Below are positions 9,732 through 19,490 of a stretch of DNA of 64,000 nt, piece by piece. The notes below the pieces were generated by a model. That model was not told where the DNA came from. It made no database searches and was given only the letters and a program-made list of their open reading frames with translations. The DNA comes from an uncultured bacterium (GTDB taxonomy: Bacteria > Hydrothermota > UBA3072). The position numbers and the translations under genes were made by a program. The first letter of the stretch is position 1. Every line of letters begins with the position of its first letter. The stretch covers positions 15,882 through 79,881 of the forward strand of contig CAYZBF010000005.1 of the NCBI GenBank assembly GCA_964476585.1, read 5' to 3'.

Positions 9732-10363
9732 TGGCCTACAGAGAAATAATTTATCCCGGTTCTGATATTTTTTATTTCTTCTTTTAGGAGTCCAAAATGA
9801 GAAGGGTATTTTATAAAATTAACTTCATTGGCATTCACGATAAGGACAGGGCAGTTTCGGAAATGGAAAAAATGCTCATTATATGACTGGATAAGGAGTT
9901 TTATGTATTCCTCACTTATCTCCTTTTCATAATTTCTACCCCTCTTCTTTATTCTTTCCATTATTGTGTCCAGATTTGCCTGGAGGTAGATTATAAAATT
10001 TGGTGTTATTAAGTCCTTATAGAGGAGGTTATGAATCTTGTCATAAAGGGCTCGTTCTCCCTGGTCAAGGTTTATATATGCGAATATCTTATCCTTATCG
10101 AAGATATAGTCTACGATAATTCTCTTGGTGAAGAGTTCCCTGTTTGTAAGGTTTCGGAGTTCGTTGTATCTGGAAAGGAGAAAGAATATCTGAGTGGGGA
10201 AAGCATACCTTTCAGGATCCTCATAGAAATAAGGCAGAAAAGGATTCCCATCCACATCCTCCAGTATGGCTTTTGCACTATATTCCCTGGCAAGCAGAGT
10301 CGTAAGAGTTGTTTTCCCAACCCCTATTACGCCTTCAATTGCAATATATTCCCAGTCTTCCAT
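9728..10363 (-). CDS. Deoxynucleoside kinase (dAK/dGK/dCK family)
   Basis: P-loop IAIEGVIGVGKTT, ERY/DRY-like motif, 211 aa; start overlaps folK 3' end by 37 nt. Confidence 0.8.
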   Translation of the reverse strand: MEDWEYIAIEGVIGVGKTTLTTLLAREYSAKAILEDVDGNPFLPYFYEDPERYAFPTQIFFLLSRYNELRNLTNRELFTKRIIVDYIFDKDKIFAYINLDQGERALYDKIHNLLYKDLITPNFIIYLQANLDTIMERIKKRGRNYEKEISEEYIKLLIQSYNEHFFHFRNCPVLIVNANEVNFIKYPSHFGLLKEEIKNIRTGINYFSVGQ

Positions 10364-10821
10364 ATTTTCTTTTTATCCTCGCATTCTGTAAGTAGTTCAT
10401 TTATCGTTTTACCGGTTATAGGGTCTTGTTTATCCGATGCGATTTCATTTAAAGGTTCAAGATAAAATCTTCTTTCTCGAAGATATTTATGGGGTATTTC
10501 AAGGTAGGGATTTCTGAATATGAGATTCTCAGAGAGAAGGATATCTATATCAATTTTCCTCGACTCCCATTTTTGTTTTCTAACCCGACCCATCTCATCT
10601 TCTATTTTCAAAAGTTCTCTGAAGAGTTCATTCAAAGGGAATTCAGTTTCCAATTTTATACAGGCATTTAGAAATTCCGGTAAGTCTTCTCTTCCCCAGG
10701 GTTCTGTCCTGTATATATGCGAACCCATGACTTTTCCTAATTCCGATATTCTTTTGTATGCATCTGTCAGATTGTTCTCTCGATCTTCTAAATTAGTGCC
10801 GATGGAGAGATATATATTCAT
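10327..10821 (-). CDS. folK: 2-amino-4-hydroxy-6-hydroxymethyldihydropteridine diphosphokinase (HPPK)
   Basis: IYLSIGTNLEDR...HIYRTEPWG...LDIDIL, typical of HPPK. Confidence 0.85.
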   Translation of the reverse strand: MNIYLSIGTNLEDRENNLTDAYKRISELGKVMGSHIYRTEPWGREDLPEFLNACIKLETEFPLNELFRELLKIEDEMGRVRKQKWESRKIDIDILLSENLIFRNPYLEIPHKYLRERRFYLEPLNEIASDKQDPITGKTINELLTECEDKKKIWKTGNILQLKA

Positions 10822-11165
10822 TATTCTTCTATTATAGCCTCTGAATATTTTACTTCTCCATTAAAGGGAGGGTTTGACTTCTTGACCCTAACCTTTACTC
10901 TTTCTACAGAATCCAGATCTTTTAAATGTTTCCATATCCTATAAGCAATTGTTTCTATTGTGTAGACTTCCTCTTGGAGAGCCAGGGTCACAAGGTTATA
11001 GACTGTATTAAAGTCGATGCCATAATCCGGGTTATCATTTTCTGCTGTTTTAGTGAAGTCTGTTTCTATCTCTACGTCTATTTCTAATCTCTGTGGCTTT
11101 TCTCTTTCCTTACCAAACCCACACACCTTCATAACCTGTATTCGTGATAATCCTATAGTTTTCAT
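10821..11165 (-). CDS. folB: Dihydroneopterin aldolase
   Basis: MKTIGLSRIQV...GFGKEREKPQRLEIDVEIETD...YRIWKHL; start taken at the internal MKTIGL Met, since the ORF-track start adds 22 non-conserved residues; stop overlaps folK start by 1 nt. Confidence 0.75.
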   Translation of the reverse strand: MKTIGLSRIQVMKVCGFGKEREKPQRLEIDVEIETDFTKTAENDNPDYGIDFNTVYNLVTLALQEEVYTIETIAYRIWKHLKDLDSVERVKVRVKKSNPPFNGEVKYSEAIIEE

Positions 11166-11354
11166 ATAGTTGATTATAGAATGAATTATGATTATTGTCA
11201 AGAAGGTTTTAACTTTGGATGTAACAGCCAAAGCACATAATTACCACTCCCGAAATCATAACCACAGAGAAGCATAGAGATAGTGGCTTCGCTCCATTGT
11301 AGAATGCAAAATGCAAAATTATTATTCACCACAAAGACCCCTTGCTTTCCTTAA

Positions 11355-11460
11355 TTCATCAACCGCGGATTTACACTGTGAAATAACACGATAAGGCATG
11401 ATAAGCGACCGAATGTTGATAAAATATTTTGGAGTGTGACCATTTTCCATTTTTTATTGC
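11355..11460. repeat. Intergenic repeat family, copy A (partial)
   Basis: About 75% identity over about 80 nt with 13150-13235 (GATTTAC-C-GTGAAATAA-ACG-TAA...GATAAAATATTT...). Confidence 0.5.
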
Positions 11461-11533
11461 AGTGAACCCACTGTTTTTATGATGAATGAACCGTATTGAG
11501 GGTGTGGATAGGAACAAACATTTTCACTATAGC

Positions 11534-13087
11534 TTAGAATCTGAATGGGTCGCGGTCAATATTTTCCCTTACACCGCGTAGTATTTCAATGCAAACTTTA
11601 AGTTTCAAGGCGTCATAGGTTTTGATACCTATAGAACCTTTTCCTTTGATTCCAATCTGAATAAAATTAAATCCGTCTATGGAGAGGAACGTTATATCAC
11701 CAATGGATATAGATTTTTCTCCAATGCTCAAGGTATCTTTATAGAGAGTAATGTGATTTTTTATTTTTACTGGTAGAGCTATTCCGTAGGTGAGAATTTT
11801 TTCCTTCATCTTTTTGTATAAAAGCGGAACGATCTTCATTCTGTTGTCAATATACCACTCTCTTTCGCATCTATCACAGTAAAACCTTCTTTTACCTTTT
11901 CTGTTAACCCCATTGGAATTCCCACACTTGGGACACATCCAGAACATTCTTTCAATGTATTTGTTAAAAATTCCCCAGCGTGCGCTGCTACGCTTTGAGC
12001 CAGAAAGAGATTCTTCCATAATGGACTTTAATTCTTTTTCTGATAAGTTTTCTGGATTCTCAATCTTACCTGTAACCTTGACAGTAACGTCTGTTCGGTG
12101 AATTACCTTAGACCATCTTGGAAGGACATTGTGGGCTCCATCTATCCTTAAGAGTGTTATGGCGTAACCAAGACTCTTAATAAATTTTACAACTCTCATA
12201 TCAAAATTCACAAAATTCCCATCCCAGGTTCTACTTGCTTCAGGGAAGATACCGATTATATCACCGTTTTTTAAAGCCTTCTTTGTTTTGATAATGCTTT
12301 TTATACCTGAACCCCTTTTTATAGGAATGCAGCCAAGGGATAGAAAGAACTTTTTAAGAACGGGGTTTTCGAACATCTTACCTGTTGTAATAAATCTTAC
12401 AGGCATGCACACTGCGGCAACAATGAACAGGGGGTCGAGGTAGCACTGATGATTTGAGAGGATTATATATGGGCCCCGATCTTTATCTAACTTGCCTTCC
12501 AGTTTGAGGTGGAATATTTTTCTAAGTATAAGGGATACAACAAGGTATAGAAATATTATAATTGGGTTTACCATGTCAGGCGCCCGGGTTACCTTACTTT
12601 TCAATGGAATAACCGCTGGAACCGAATTTCTATAATCTATATATTCTCTTCCAAACTTTTTGCAAAGAGACCTTTGCTCCCTTATTGTATATAGCATTAG
12701 CAGGAGTAGAAATATAGGATTTACAATATAACTCATTGAAGGGGATAATATTAATCCTAAACCACAGAGGTATAAAAAAAAGGCAATATATAGAGGATGC
12801 CTGACGAATGAATAAGGCCCTGATTTAACAAGATATTTGGGAGGATGACAGAATAGGGGAAGGCCTTTTCCCATATAGTACATAGTATTTGCTGCCCAAA
12901 CGGCAATGTATGTACCTGCAATAATCAAGACAGCACCTATTGATATTCTTAGATGGTTGAAGTCCCAGGAAAGTTCAAAGTGGATATCTATCACGGTAGA
13001 AATGATGGAAATAAATAAAGGAAGAAGTATCCAGAACACAATTATTGAGAATATAGCATCAAAAACAATAGAGTGTCTTTTACTCAT
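11534..13087 (-). CDS. Tripartite fusion: ICMT/PEMT-like methyltransferase + lysophospholipid (PlsC-type) acyltransferase + C-terminal zinc-ribbon region
   Basis: N-terminal: multi-TM with LVKSGPYSFVRHPLY and EQRSL..FGREYIDYRNSVPAVIP (isoprenylcysteine carboxyl / phospholipid methyltransferase signature). Middle: NHQCYLDP (HX4D) and FPEASRTWDG (FPEGTR-like) acyltransferase motifs. C-terminal: CPKCGN...CDRCEREW zinc ribbon. Confidence 0.7.
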   Translation of the reverse strand: MSKRHSIVFDAIFSIIVFWILLPLFISIISTVIDIHFELSWDFNHLRISIGAVLIIAGTYIAVWAANTMYYMGKGLPLFCHPPKYLVKSGPYSFVRHPLYIAFFLYLCGLGLILSPSMSYIVNPIFLLLLMLYTIREQRSLCKKFGREYIDYRNSVPAVIPLKSKVTRAPDMVNPIIIFLYLVVSLILRKIFHLKLEGKLDKDRGPYIILSNHQCYLDPLFIVAAVCMPVRFITTGKMFENPVLKKFFLSLGCIPIKRGSGIKSIIKTKKALKNGDIIGIFPEASRTWDGNFVNFDMRVVKFIKSLGYAITLLRIDGAHNVLPRWSKVIHRTDVTVKVTGKIENPENLSEKELKSIMEESLSGSKRSSARWGIFNKYIERMFWMCPKCGNSNGVNRKGKRRFYCDRCEREWYIDNRMKIVPLLYKKMKEKILTYGIALPVKIKNHITLYKDTLSIGEKSISIGDITFLSIDGFNFIQIGIKGKGSIGIKTYDALKLKVCIEILRGVRENIDRDPFRF

Positions 13088-13130
13088 TGTTTTATAATAT
13101 CGAAATAAGATAAAATATCAACAGTTTTTT

Positions 13131-13300
13131 TAACACAACTCATCCTGTGTTTTTTGACACTGATTTACCCCGTGAAATAATACGGTAAAAAATTATAAGC
13201 GGACGAATACGGATAAAATATTTCACGGGATGATCACTGATTAAGACAGATATTTATAAAATAAAGGGTTCAAGTGACAAAACTAATTAAATTATTGTTT
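13131..13300. repeat. Intergenic repeat family, copy B (contains an embedded TTGACA-N17-ATAATA promoter)
   Basis: Shares TTTTTTGACACTGATTT..., CACTGATT..., AAAGGGTTCAAG with 34315-34520 and the GTGAAATAA..GATAAAATATTT core with 11355-11460. Confidence 0.5.
13145..13173 (+). promoter_or_regulatory. Sigma70-type promoter (TTGACA-17-ATAATA) inside repeat copy B, about 280 nt upstream of bamA
   Basis: TTGACA at 13145-13150, 17-nt spacer, ATAATA at 13168-13173. Confidence 0.45.
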
Positions 13301-13455
13301 TTCTTTGCGAACTTTGCGAGAAATTAAAAGGGGAGTGGGTATTTTACACTTCTTGCCCCGTTAGATATGAAATTATCTAACGGGGTGAACATTCTTCATT
13401 TTGCATTGAACAATCCCCTTGACTTTGTTAACAAATCCATTATTCTTACCCTGCT

Positions 13456-15675
13456 ATGCTAATTCTGCTCTTTCTAATTTCTTTTCCCTATGGAGAAGTA
13501 ATCGTTGATATTGAAACAAAAGGGATAAAAGAGGTTGATACTGCTCTTGTGGTTCACTCCTCTGGTTTAAGAATTGGGGAAATTTTGACCCTTAATAAGG
13601 GAATAAAGGCAATAAAGGACCTTTATGCAACAGGTTTATTTAGAGACATTGAATTGGATGCGCAGCGAGAAGGTGCTGGTATTAAAGTCGTAATCGAGGT
13701 TGAGGAAAATTCCCGATTGAAATCCATCGATTTTAAAGGGAATGCAAAAATAAGTGATGCAGACCTCTCTTCACTAGTGGATTTATCCCCTCCTGCGCTC
13801 CTTTCGAATTATAAATTATTTAATATAAAGGAAAAAATTCTCACGCTGTATAAAGAAAAGGGGTTCTCAGGCACAGAGGTTTCTATCTCGCAAGAAGAAC
13901 AGGAGGATGGTGTGAAGGTTTTATATAACATTGATGAGGGGGAGAAATATAAAGTAAAAAAGATCATTTTTGACAATAATAAAGGTCTATCCGATCATGA
14001 ACTTTCCAAAGTTTTATCTAACAAAACAAAACCATGGTGGATGATTTGGAGAAACAACGACTTAAAGATTGATTCGTTGAAAACCGATGCCTATAAGGTA
14101 GAAGCTCTTTATAGGAAGAAAGGATATCTTGATGCTACCGTGGATACCTTTTTTGTTACGTATGAAGGTAATAAAGCTATTATTGATTATGCAGTGTCTG
14201 AAGGAAGACTTTACTATTTTGGTAACACCTATTTTGATGGAACTGATGATCTAGATTTTGCTTCAACAACCATAAAATGGAATAGAGGGGATAGGTATGA
14301 AGAGGAGAAAATCCAGAAAACTATGGAGACACTCTATAATCATTATACGGATAATGGATTTCTTTATGCAGCAGTACTTCCCGAGTATTCTGTTGTTAAG
14401 GATTCACTTATTGAGATCACATTCCATACAGATAGGGGTTCGCCTGTTTATATCAAGTATATCAATATAATCGGCAATAACAAGACGTACGATAAGGTTG
14501 TCCGACGTAACCTTACTATCTATCCGGGGGAGTTATTCCGACGGAAGGAACTTATAGATAGTCAGCGGAATGTTTACAGACTTGGGTACTTTGAGGATCT
14601 TGGGTTGAATATAGAGAATACAGGTAATATGGATTCAGTAAACCTCATATTTGAGATAAAAGAGAAACAGACCGGTCAATTTACTGCAGGCATCGGGTTC
14701 TCTCAAAGTATAGGGTTAACAGGTAATGTTGGAGCAACTATTCCGAATATTTTTGGAACAGGCCAATCGGTCAGCCTCTCATTTGAAAGAACTATAAGTG
14801 GCGGCACAAAGAGTAATACTATTCAAAATGTGAGTCTGGGATATAGACAACCCTGGTTATTCGATACTCCTACATCGGTGGGTTTTGATCTTTATAAACT
14901 GTATACCAGATGGGGTTACTTTGGGCAAGACAAAGGAGGGGGGTCTTTTTCCCTTGGTAGACTTCTTACAGCAAAAAGAAATTTTCAAGGAACGCTAATC
15001 TACAAATTGGAGAGGACAGAACTGAAAATTCTGGATGAGGGTGCATCTGCGTATATAAAAGCTCAGGAGGGAATAAAATGGGAAAGCTCTATCGGCGGCA
15101 AAATGATCTATGATTCGCGTGATTCTTATATAGCAGCCAGTGTTGGAAATTATTATTCTGTATATACCAAATTTGCCGGGGGACCCCTTGGGGGTACTTT
15201 AAATTACTGGAAGAATATATTAGAAGCAAGAAAATTTCATACCCTTTATGGTAGCATTGTTCTTATGAACAGGGTCCGGATTGGTTACGGGTATTCACCA
15301 GGCGGGGAAGTCCCGCTTACAGAGAGATTTTTTATGGGAGGGATAGGTTTGTGGGGCCTAAGAGGTTATGATGATAGGGATATTGGTCCTTTTTCAGGGA
15401 ATTATGCTATAGGGGGTAGTTTTGCCTTCTTAAACAATCTTGAACTCCGCTATAATTTTTCAAAGACAAGCTATGGTATGATATTCCTTGATGCTGGGAA
15501 CTGCTTTAAAGATATTCAGGCGGCAAGATTATCCGACTTGTTCTATGGTTTTGGCGTTGGGTTTAGAATGGAAGTGCCAATGATGGGAGTCTTTGGGATT
15601 GATTTGGGATATGGCCTTGATGAGAAGAAGGGGGGAGAATGGAAACCGCATTTCCAGATAGGTATGTCCTACTGA
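13456..15675 (+). CDS. bamA: Outer membrane protein assembly factor BamA (Omp85 family)
   Basis: 739 aa; repeated POTRA-like units followed by a C-terminal beta-barrel with alternating aromatic residues ending ...PHFQIGMSY; -35 CCCTTGAC upstream. Confidence 0.85.
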   Translation: MLILLFLISFPYGEVIVDIETKGIKEVDTALVVHSSGLRIGEILTLNKGIKAIKDLYATGLFRDIELDAQREGAGIKVVIEVEENSRLKSIDFKGNAKISDADLSSLVDLSPPALLSNYKLFNIKEKILTLYKEKGFSGTEVSISQEEQEDGVKVLYNIDEGEKYKVKKIIFDNNKGLSDHELSKVLSNKTKPWWMIWRNNDLKIDSLKTDAYKVEALYRKKGYLDATVDTFFVTYEGNKAIIDYAVSEGRLYYFGNTYFDGTDDLDFASTTIKWNRGDRYEEEKIQKTMETLYNHYTDNGFLYAAVLPEYSVVKDSLIEITFHTDRGSPVYIKYINIIGNNKTYDKVVRRNLTIYPGELFRRKELIDSQRNVYRLGYFEDLGLNIENTGNMDSVNLIFEIKEKQTGQFTAGIGFSQSIGLTGNVGATIPNIFGTGQSVSLSFERTISGGTKSNTIQNVSLGYRQPWLFDTPTSVGFDLYKLYTRWGYFGQDKGGGSFSLGRLLTAKRNFQGTLIYKLERTELKILDEGASAYIKAQEGIKWESSIGGKMIYDSRDSYIAASVGNYYSVYTKFAGGPLGGTLNYWKNILEARKFHTLYGSIVLMNRVRIGYGYSPGGEVPLTERFFMGGIGLWGLRGYDDRDIGPFSGNYAIGGSFAFLNNLELRYNFSKTSYGMIFLDAGNCFKDIQAARLSDLFYGFGVGFRMEVPMMGVFGIDLGYGLDEKKGGEWKPHFQIGMSY

Positions 15676-16613
15676 TAATTTCAATCCTTATAATCTCAGG
15701 GTGCGGTTCCCAAAAGGAATATGGGATTAATCCAATTCCCGTTTCTACAGAGATTGTTGAGATTGATTCTTTCTACACGACTACTTTATATGTTCCAACC
15801 GGTGGTGGTGATAGTTTGTTCTCTGGGATAAAGAGCAATTTTGATTCATACGCTCTCCTTAAATTTGATTCTATTCCAGTGAGTTTTGATAGTGTTTCTA
15901 TTAAGCTAAAATCAGATTCAACTCAGCTTGGATTGTGTTTCCATCAAATTACTGATGAATGGTATGAAGATTCCTTGTATGAGTGGGAAGATATAGGGAT
16001 GCTCATAAATACATCCACTGTGCTTCAGACTTCTTTGGTAAATACTAAAAACCCAGAGATTAAATTGAATGGCCAATCTTTAAATGTGATTAATGAATAT
16101 GGAATAGCAATCCATTCCGATTCTTTCTATTCCTTTGCTTCACGAGAAGAGAATGAGCCAAAACTGATTATCTATCAGGGAGATTCAACATATAATTTGC
16201 ACTGTTTGGGAGATCTCTATATAGTGAAGAATCCTTATAATAATCTTCTCAAAGACTCACTATTAATAGGAAGGGGCATATCTATAAAACCGCACCTATT
16301 TATACCCGTTGATTCATTACCCCCTGATAGAGATAATCTTGCAAGAGTTGGACTTCTCTTTAAACTTGAGGAGCCTCCCGCGTTCGATATAATAGCATAT
16401 GATACTTCTGGCAATGAATATTCATCTGAGTGTTATACTGTGGGAGATACAAGTTTCATTGAATTCGATTTACGGACACTTCTCAAGTCAGATTTTTCGG
16501 AATGTTATATCCATGTAACACTGGGCGCTAAGAACGAGTTGGAGGGTATTGATGTTTTAAAATTTTTCCAAAGTGAACTCCGACTTATGTGGGCAGAGAT
16601 AGGTAAGAAATGA
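15639..16613 (+). CDS. Hypothetical lipoprotein
   Basis: Signal peptide + lipobox LIISGC; 324 aa; embedded in the bamA-skp operon; no known domain. Confidence 0.5.
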   Translation: METAFPDRYVLLIISILIISGCGSQKEYGINPIPVSTEIVEIDSFYTTTLYVPTGGGDSLFSGIKSNFDSYALLKFDSIPVSFDSVSIKLKSDSTQLGLCFHQITDEWYEDSLYEWEDIGMLINTSTVLQTSLVNTKNPEIKLNGQSLNVINEYGIAIHSDSFYSFASREENEPKLIIYQGDSTYNLHCLGDLYIVKNPYNNLLKDSLLIGRGISIKPHLFIPVDSLPPDRDNLARVGLLFKLEEPPAFDIIAYDTSGNEYSSECYTVGDTSFIEFDLRTLLKSDFSECYIHVTLGAKNELEGIDVLKFFQSELRLMWAEIGKK

Positions 16614-17557
16614 ATTATATGTTCTTTCTATTTTTAATTATATCTAATCCTCTATATGCTGAGAATATTCCAGGAGAATGGATTGGTGAGAGCGCACTTC
16701 AAGAATCACCGGTATCAAATGGCAACGTCTTTGCAAATCCTGCGACTGCAGATTCATTGAATTCTATCTCTGTTAGTGCGCGTTTTTCCTCCGATGACTA
16801 TAATAAATTTGATGCAAAGCTTTCTTCTGTTATAGTAACATTTCCAGTCATATATGATTTCTTGATAGGTGGGAGGATTAATCTATTGTATAATTCACAA
16901 CTTGAAGGAAAGTTTCCTTGTTCTAATGAGTGGGGTTCTTATGTTGAATATTTCGAGCGGCGAGGTGGTCTTGACCAGTATAGTCTCTTTTTGAAAAAAA
17001 CATTCGGAGAGTTTTCTCTAGGGTTTGACTTGAATCTTCAAAACGGAGAACTTGAAGATAGATGGAAGATCGACTTTGCGGAATATAGTGATATTTTTGA
17101 TACACTCTCTACGTATTTCAGGGGTTATTCGGCAGGCGTTGGCTTGCTTTATTACTGGAAAGGATTTAAAGTGGGTGGATATTACAGTTTTTATCAGAAT
17201 TTAGAATTCTGGAGAGATGGAGAGGATAGGGAAGTGTTCAATCTTGAAAAACCTGTTCGTTTTGGTATTTCCTATTCCCTTGACAGAGGAAAGAGTGTAA
17301 TGTTATCTGCTGATCGGAAGTTAGCTTTACTTACAGGTAGATATGGTCCTCTCATGATAGGATATGGAAGGATTTATGGTTCAGGCTATAACCTTAATAT
17401 CGATGGTAATCGATTCATAGTGGGAATGTTTCTATCCCTTAATAGAGTTCCTTTCACGATAGCAATAGAGAATAGAAGGTATTCTGGAGAATTGCGTGAC
17501 AACGAATATATCGGAACAATAACGATAAGTATTTCTGGTTCAGAAGGAGGTAAATAA
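16610..17557 (+). CDS. Hypothetical outer-membrane beta-barrel-like protein
   Basis: Cleavable signal peptide (..NPLYA|EN); C-terminal two-thirds has alternating hydrophobic/aromatic beta-strand patterns (YYSFYQN, FGISYSL, FIVGMFLSL); 4-nt and 1-nt overlaps with its neighbours. Confidence 0.5.
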   Translation: MNYMFFLFLIISNPLYAENIPGEWIGESALQESPVSNGNVFANPATADSLNSISVSARFSSDDYNKFDAKLSSVIVTFPVIYDFLIGGRINLLYNSQLEGKFPCSNEWGSYVEYFERRGGLDQYSLFLKKTFGEFSLGFDLNLQNGELEDRWKIDFAEYSDIFDTLSTYFRGYSAGVGLLYYWKGFKVGGYYSFYQNLEFWRDGEDREVFNLEKPVRFGISYSLDRGKSVMLSADRKLALLTGRYGPLMIGYGRIYGSGYNLNIDGNRFIVGMFLSLNRVPFTIAIENRRYSGELRDNEYIGTITISISGSEGGK

Positions 17558-18489
17558 TGAAGAAGTATTTGATACTTCTAATTCTTCCCGCCTTATCTCT
17601 TTTTTCGCAGAACAAGATTGGATATATTGATTCTCAGAGGATACTCAATGAATACAAAGGGGCAACTGAGATAAAAAAGAGATATGAACAGAAGGTGTCA
17701 GAATGGAAACAAAGGGGTGAAAAACTAAAAAAGGAGATAGAGAATCTACAGCAAGCTCTCCAGACCCAGGGTATGATGCTCTCAGAAGATGCGAAGTTGA
17801 GGAAAGTGCAGGAGATTGAGAAAAAGCAAAGTGAATATCAGGAGTTTATTCAAGGTATATGGGGACAGAATGGAGAAGCTGAGGCTTTAAACAAGGAATT
17901 GATGCAACCCCTCCTTCGCGAAATAGACACTTTAGTTACAAAAATTGGTGAAGAGGAAGGTTTTTCAATAATCCTTGATACGTCTTCAGGTGCTCTGGTT
18001 TATGCAGATGAGGAAATGGATATAACGGATAGAATAATCGAGTCTCTGAATAGGAAATTTTTACCTGAGGCTACTGAAAGGATTGAATATCATGTTTTTA
18101 AATTCAAGGAGGAGGATTCCGAGGCAAAATCAAGAAATCTCGGAGAACTGATAAAGAATCTGATTGACGTTGGAATTAAAAACACCGGTGGATTCAAGGA
18201 GATTGAGTCCCAACCAATGAGTAACGCAAGGAGCACTCTGGGGATAGTTAAAGATGAAGATATAGATGTTCAGACCTCCATTCAACTTCTACGGATTACA
18301 GATGGTGATTTTATTGTTATTGGAAGAGTCTGGTTGGAAGGCGGCCTCATATACCTCGAATTCAAATTGGTAGACAAAGAACAACATGACGTGGTAATAA
18401 CTGAAACCGTGGAGATTGGCGTAGAACAGAATTTGAGTTCCAGCATACCTGACAAGGTGGTAGGAAAGATTGTAACTTATTATAAATGA
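17557..18489 (+). CDS. skp: OmpH/Skp-family periplasmic chaperone with an about 140 aa C-terminal extension
   Basis: Signal peptide, then [13 protein letters not shown]...coiled-coil...GFSIILD typical of Skp/OmpH (first about 165 aa); sits between bamA and lpxD as in the canonical synteny. Confidence 0.7.
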   Translation: MKKYLILLILPALSLFSQNKIGYIDSQRILNEYKGATEIKKRYEQKVSEWKQRGEKLKKEIENLQQALQTQGMMLSEDAKLRKVQEIEKKQSEYQEFIQGIWGQNGEAEALNKELMQPLLREIDTLVTKIGEEEGFSIILDTSSGALVYADEEMDITDRIIESLNRKFLPEATERIEYHVFKFKEEDSEAKSRNLGELIKNLIDVGIKNTGGFKEIESQPMSNARSTLGIVKDEDIDVQTSIQLLRITDGDFIVIGRVWLEGGLIYLEFKLVDKEQHDVVITETVEIGVEQNLSSSIPDKVVGKIVTYYK

Positions 18490-19490
18490 AGATAAAAGAC
18501 CTCGCTGCTCTAATAAATGGCGATGTCCTCGGGAACGGGGAATATGAAGTAAGAGGTGTTTCTCTGATTGATGACGCAAAAGCTGGAGATCTCGTATTTC
18601 TCTTTGATCCGAAGATAGTTGGGGAAGCCAGGGATAAGCTTATAACTGTTGCTGCTGTTGTCTCTGGAACCCTTAAGAAATGCCCTTGCCAGAGTTGTAT
18701 TAAAGTGAAAGAGCCTAAAGATGCGATGGTTAAAGTGCTTAACCATTTCTATCCAACACCTGTGAAGTCATTTCACGGGAATAGTCAAAATACACATATT
18801 GGAGATGTAGAAATCGGGAAATATGTGACTATTGGAGATTACACGGTTATCAGTGACGGAACCAAAATTGGAGACAAAGTTGATATCTTTCCTTTCACAT
18901 ATATTGGCTATGATGTGAAAGTAGGAGAGGGGAGCAAGATTTATCCCCATTGTGTTATTCTGGACAGAACAATTATCGGACGAAACGTAACTCTCTATCC
19001 TGGAGTGGTAATTGGTTCTGATGGATTTGGCTATCACAAAAAAGAAAAGAGGTTGACTCATATACCACAGGTGGGTAATGTAATAATAGAAGATGAAGTT
19101 GAGATTGGTGCATGCAGTATGATAGATCGTTCTACGATTGGAGCTACCGTTATTGGAAAAGGGACAAAAATCGATAATAGTGTCCATATAGCGCATAATG
19201 TGAAGGTAGGAGCTAATACGATTATTGTTGCTCAAGTTGGTATTGCGGGGAGTTGCACTGTGGGGGATAATGCTGTTATTGCTGGACAGGCAGGAATTGC
19301 CGATCATACAAATATCGGGAATGGTTCCACAGTAGCTGCAAAGTCCGGCGTGATGAGGGACGTAAAGGATGGGGAGGTGGTTTTTGGATATCCTGCTGAC
19401 CGCCGGATTACTGTTATGCGAAATGAGGCATACGTCAGGAGACTTTCAGAACTCTTCAAAAGAGTGAAAGCCCTTGAAGAATCTAAGTGA
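18486..19490 (+). CDS. lpxD: UDP-3-O-acylglucosamine N-acyltransferase
   Basis: N-terminal LpxD domain followed by extended left-handed beta-helix hexapeptide repeats (IGD.V.I....I...V.IG); ATGA overlap with skp. Confidence 0.85.
   Translation: MKIKDLAALINGDVLGNGEYEVRGVSLIDDAKAGDLVFLFDPKIVGEARDKLITVAAVVSGTLKKCPCQSCIKVKEPKDAMVKVLNHFYPTPVKSFHGNSQNTHIGDVEIGKYVTIGDYTVISDGTKIGDKVDIFPFTYIGYDVKVGEGSKIYPHCVILDRTIIGRNVTLYPGVVIGSDGFGYHKKEKRLTHIPQVGNVIIEDEVEIGACSMIDRSTIGATVIGKGTKIDNSVHIAHNVKVGANTIIVAQVGIAGSCTVGDNAVIAGQAGIADHTNIGNGSTVAAKSGVMRDVKDGEVVFGYPADRRITVMRNEAYVRRLSELFKRVKALEESK

Noticed and set aside
10031-10465. 144-aa plus-strand ORF
   Set aside because: It is antisense to the well-supported dNK and folK genes. 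No motif, no RBS.
18768-19307. 179-aa minus-strand ORF inside lpxD
   Set aside because: It is antisense to the hexapeptide-repeat region; repetitive codons keep the reverse frame open by chance. N/S-rich nonsense translation.
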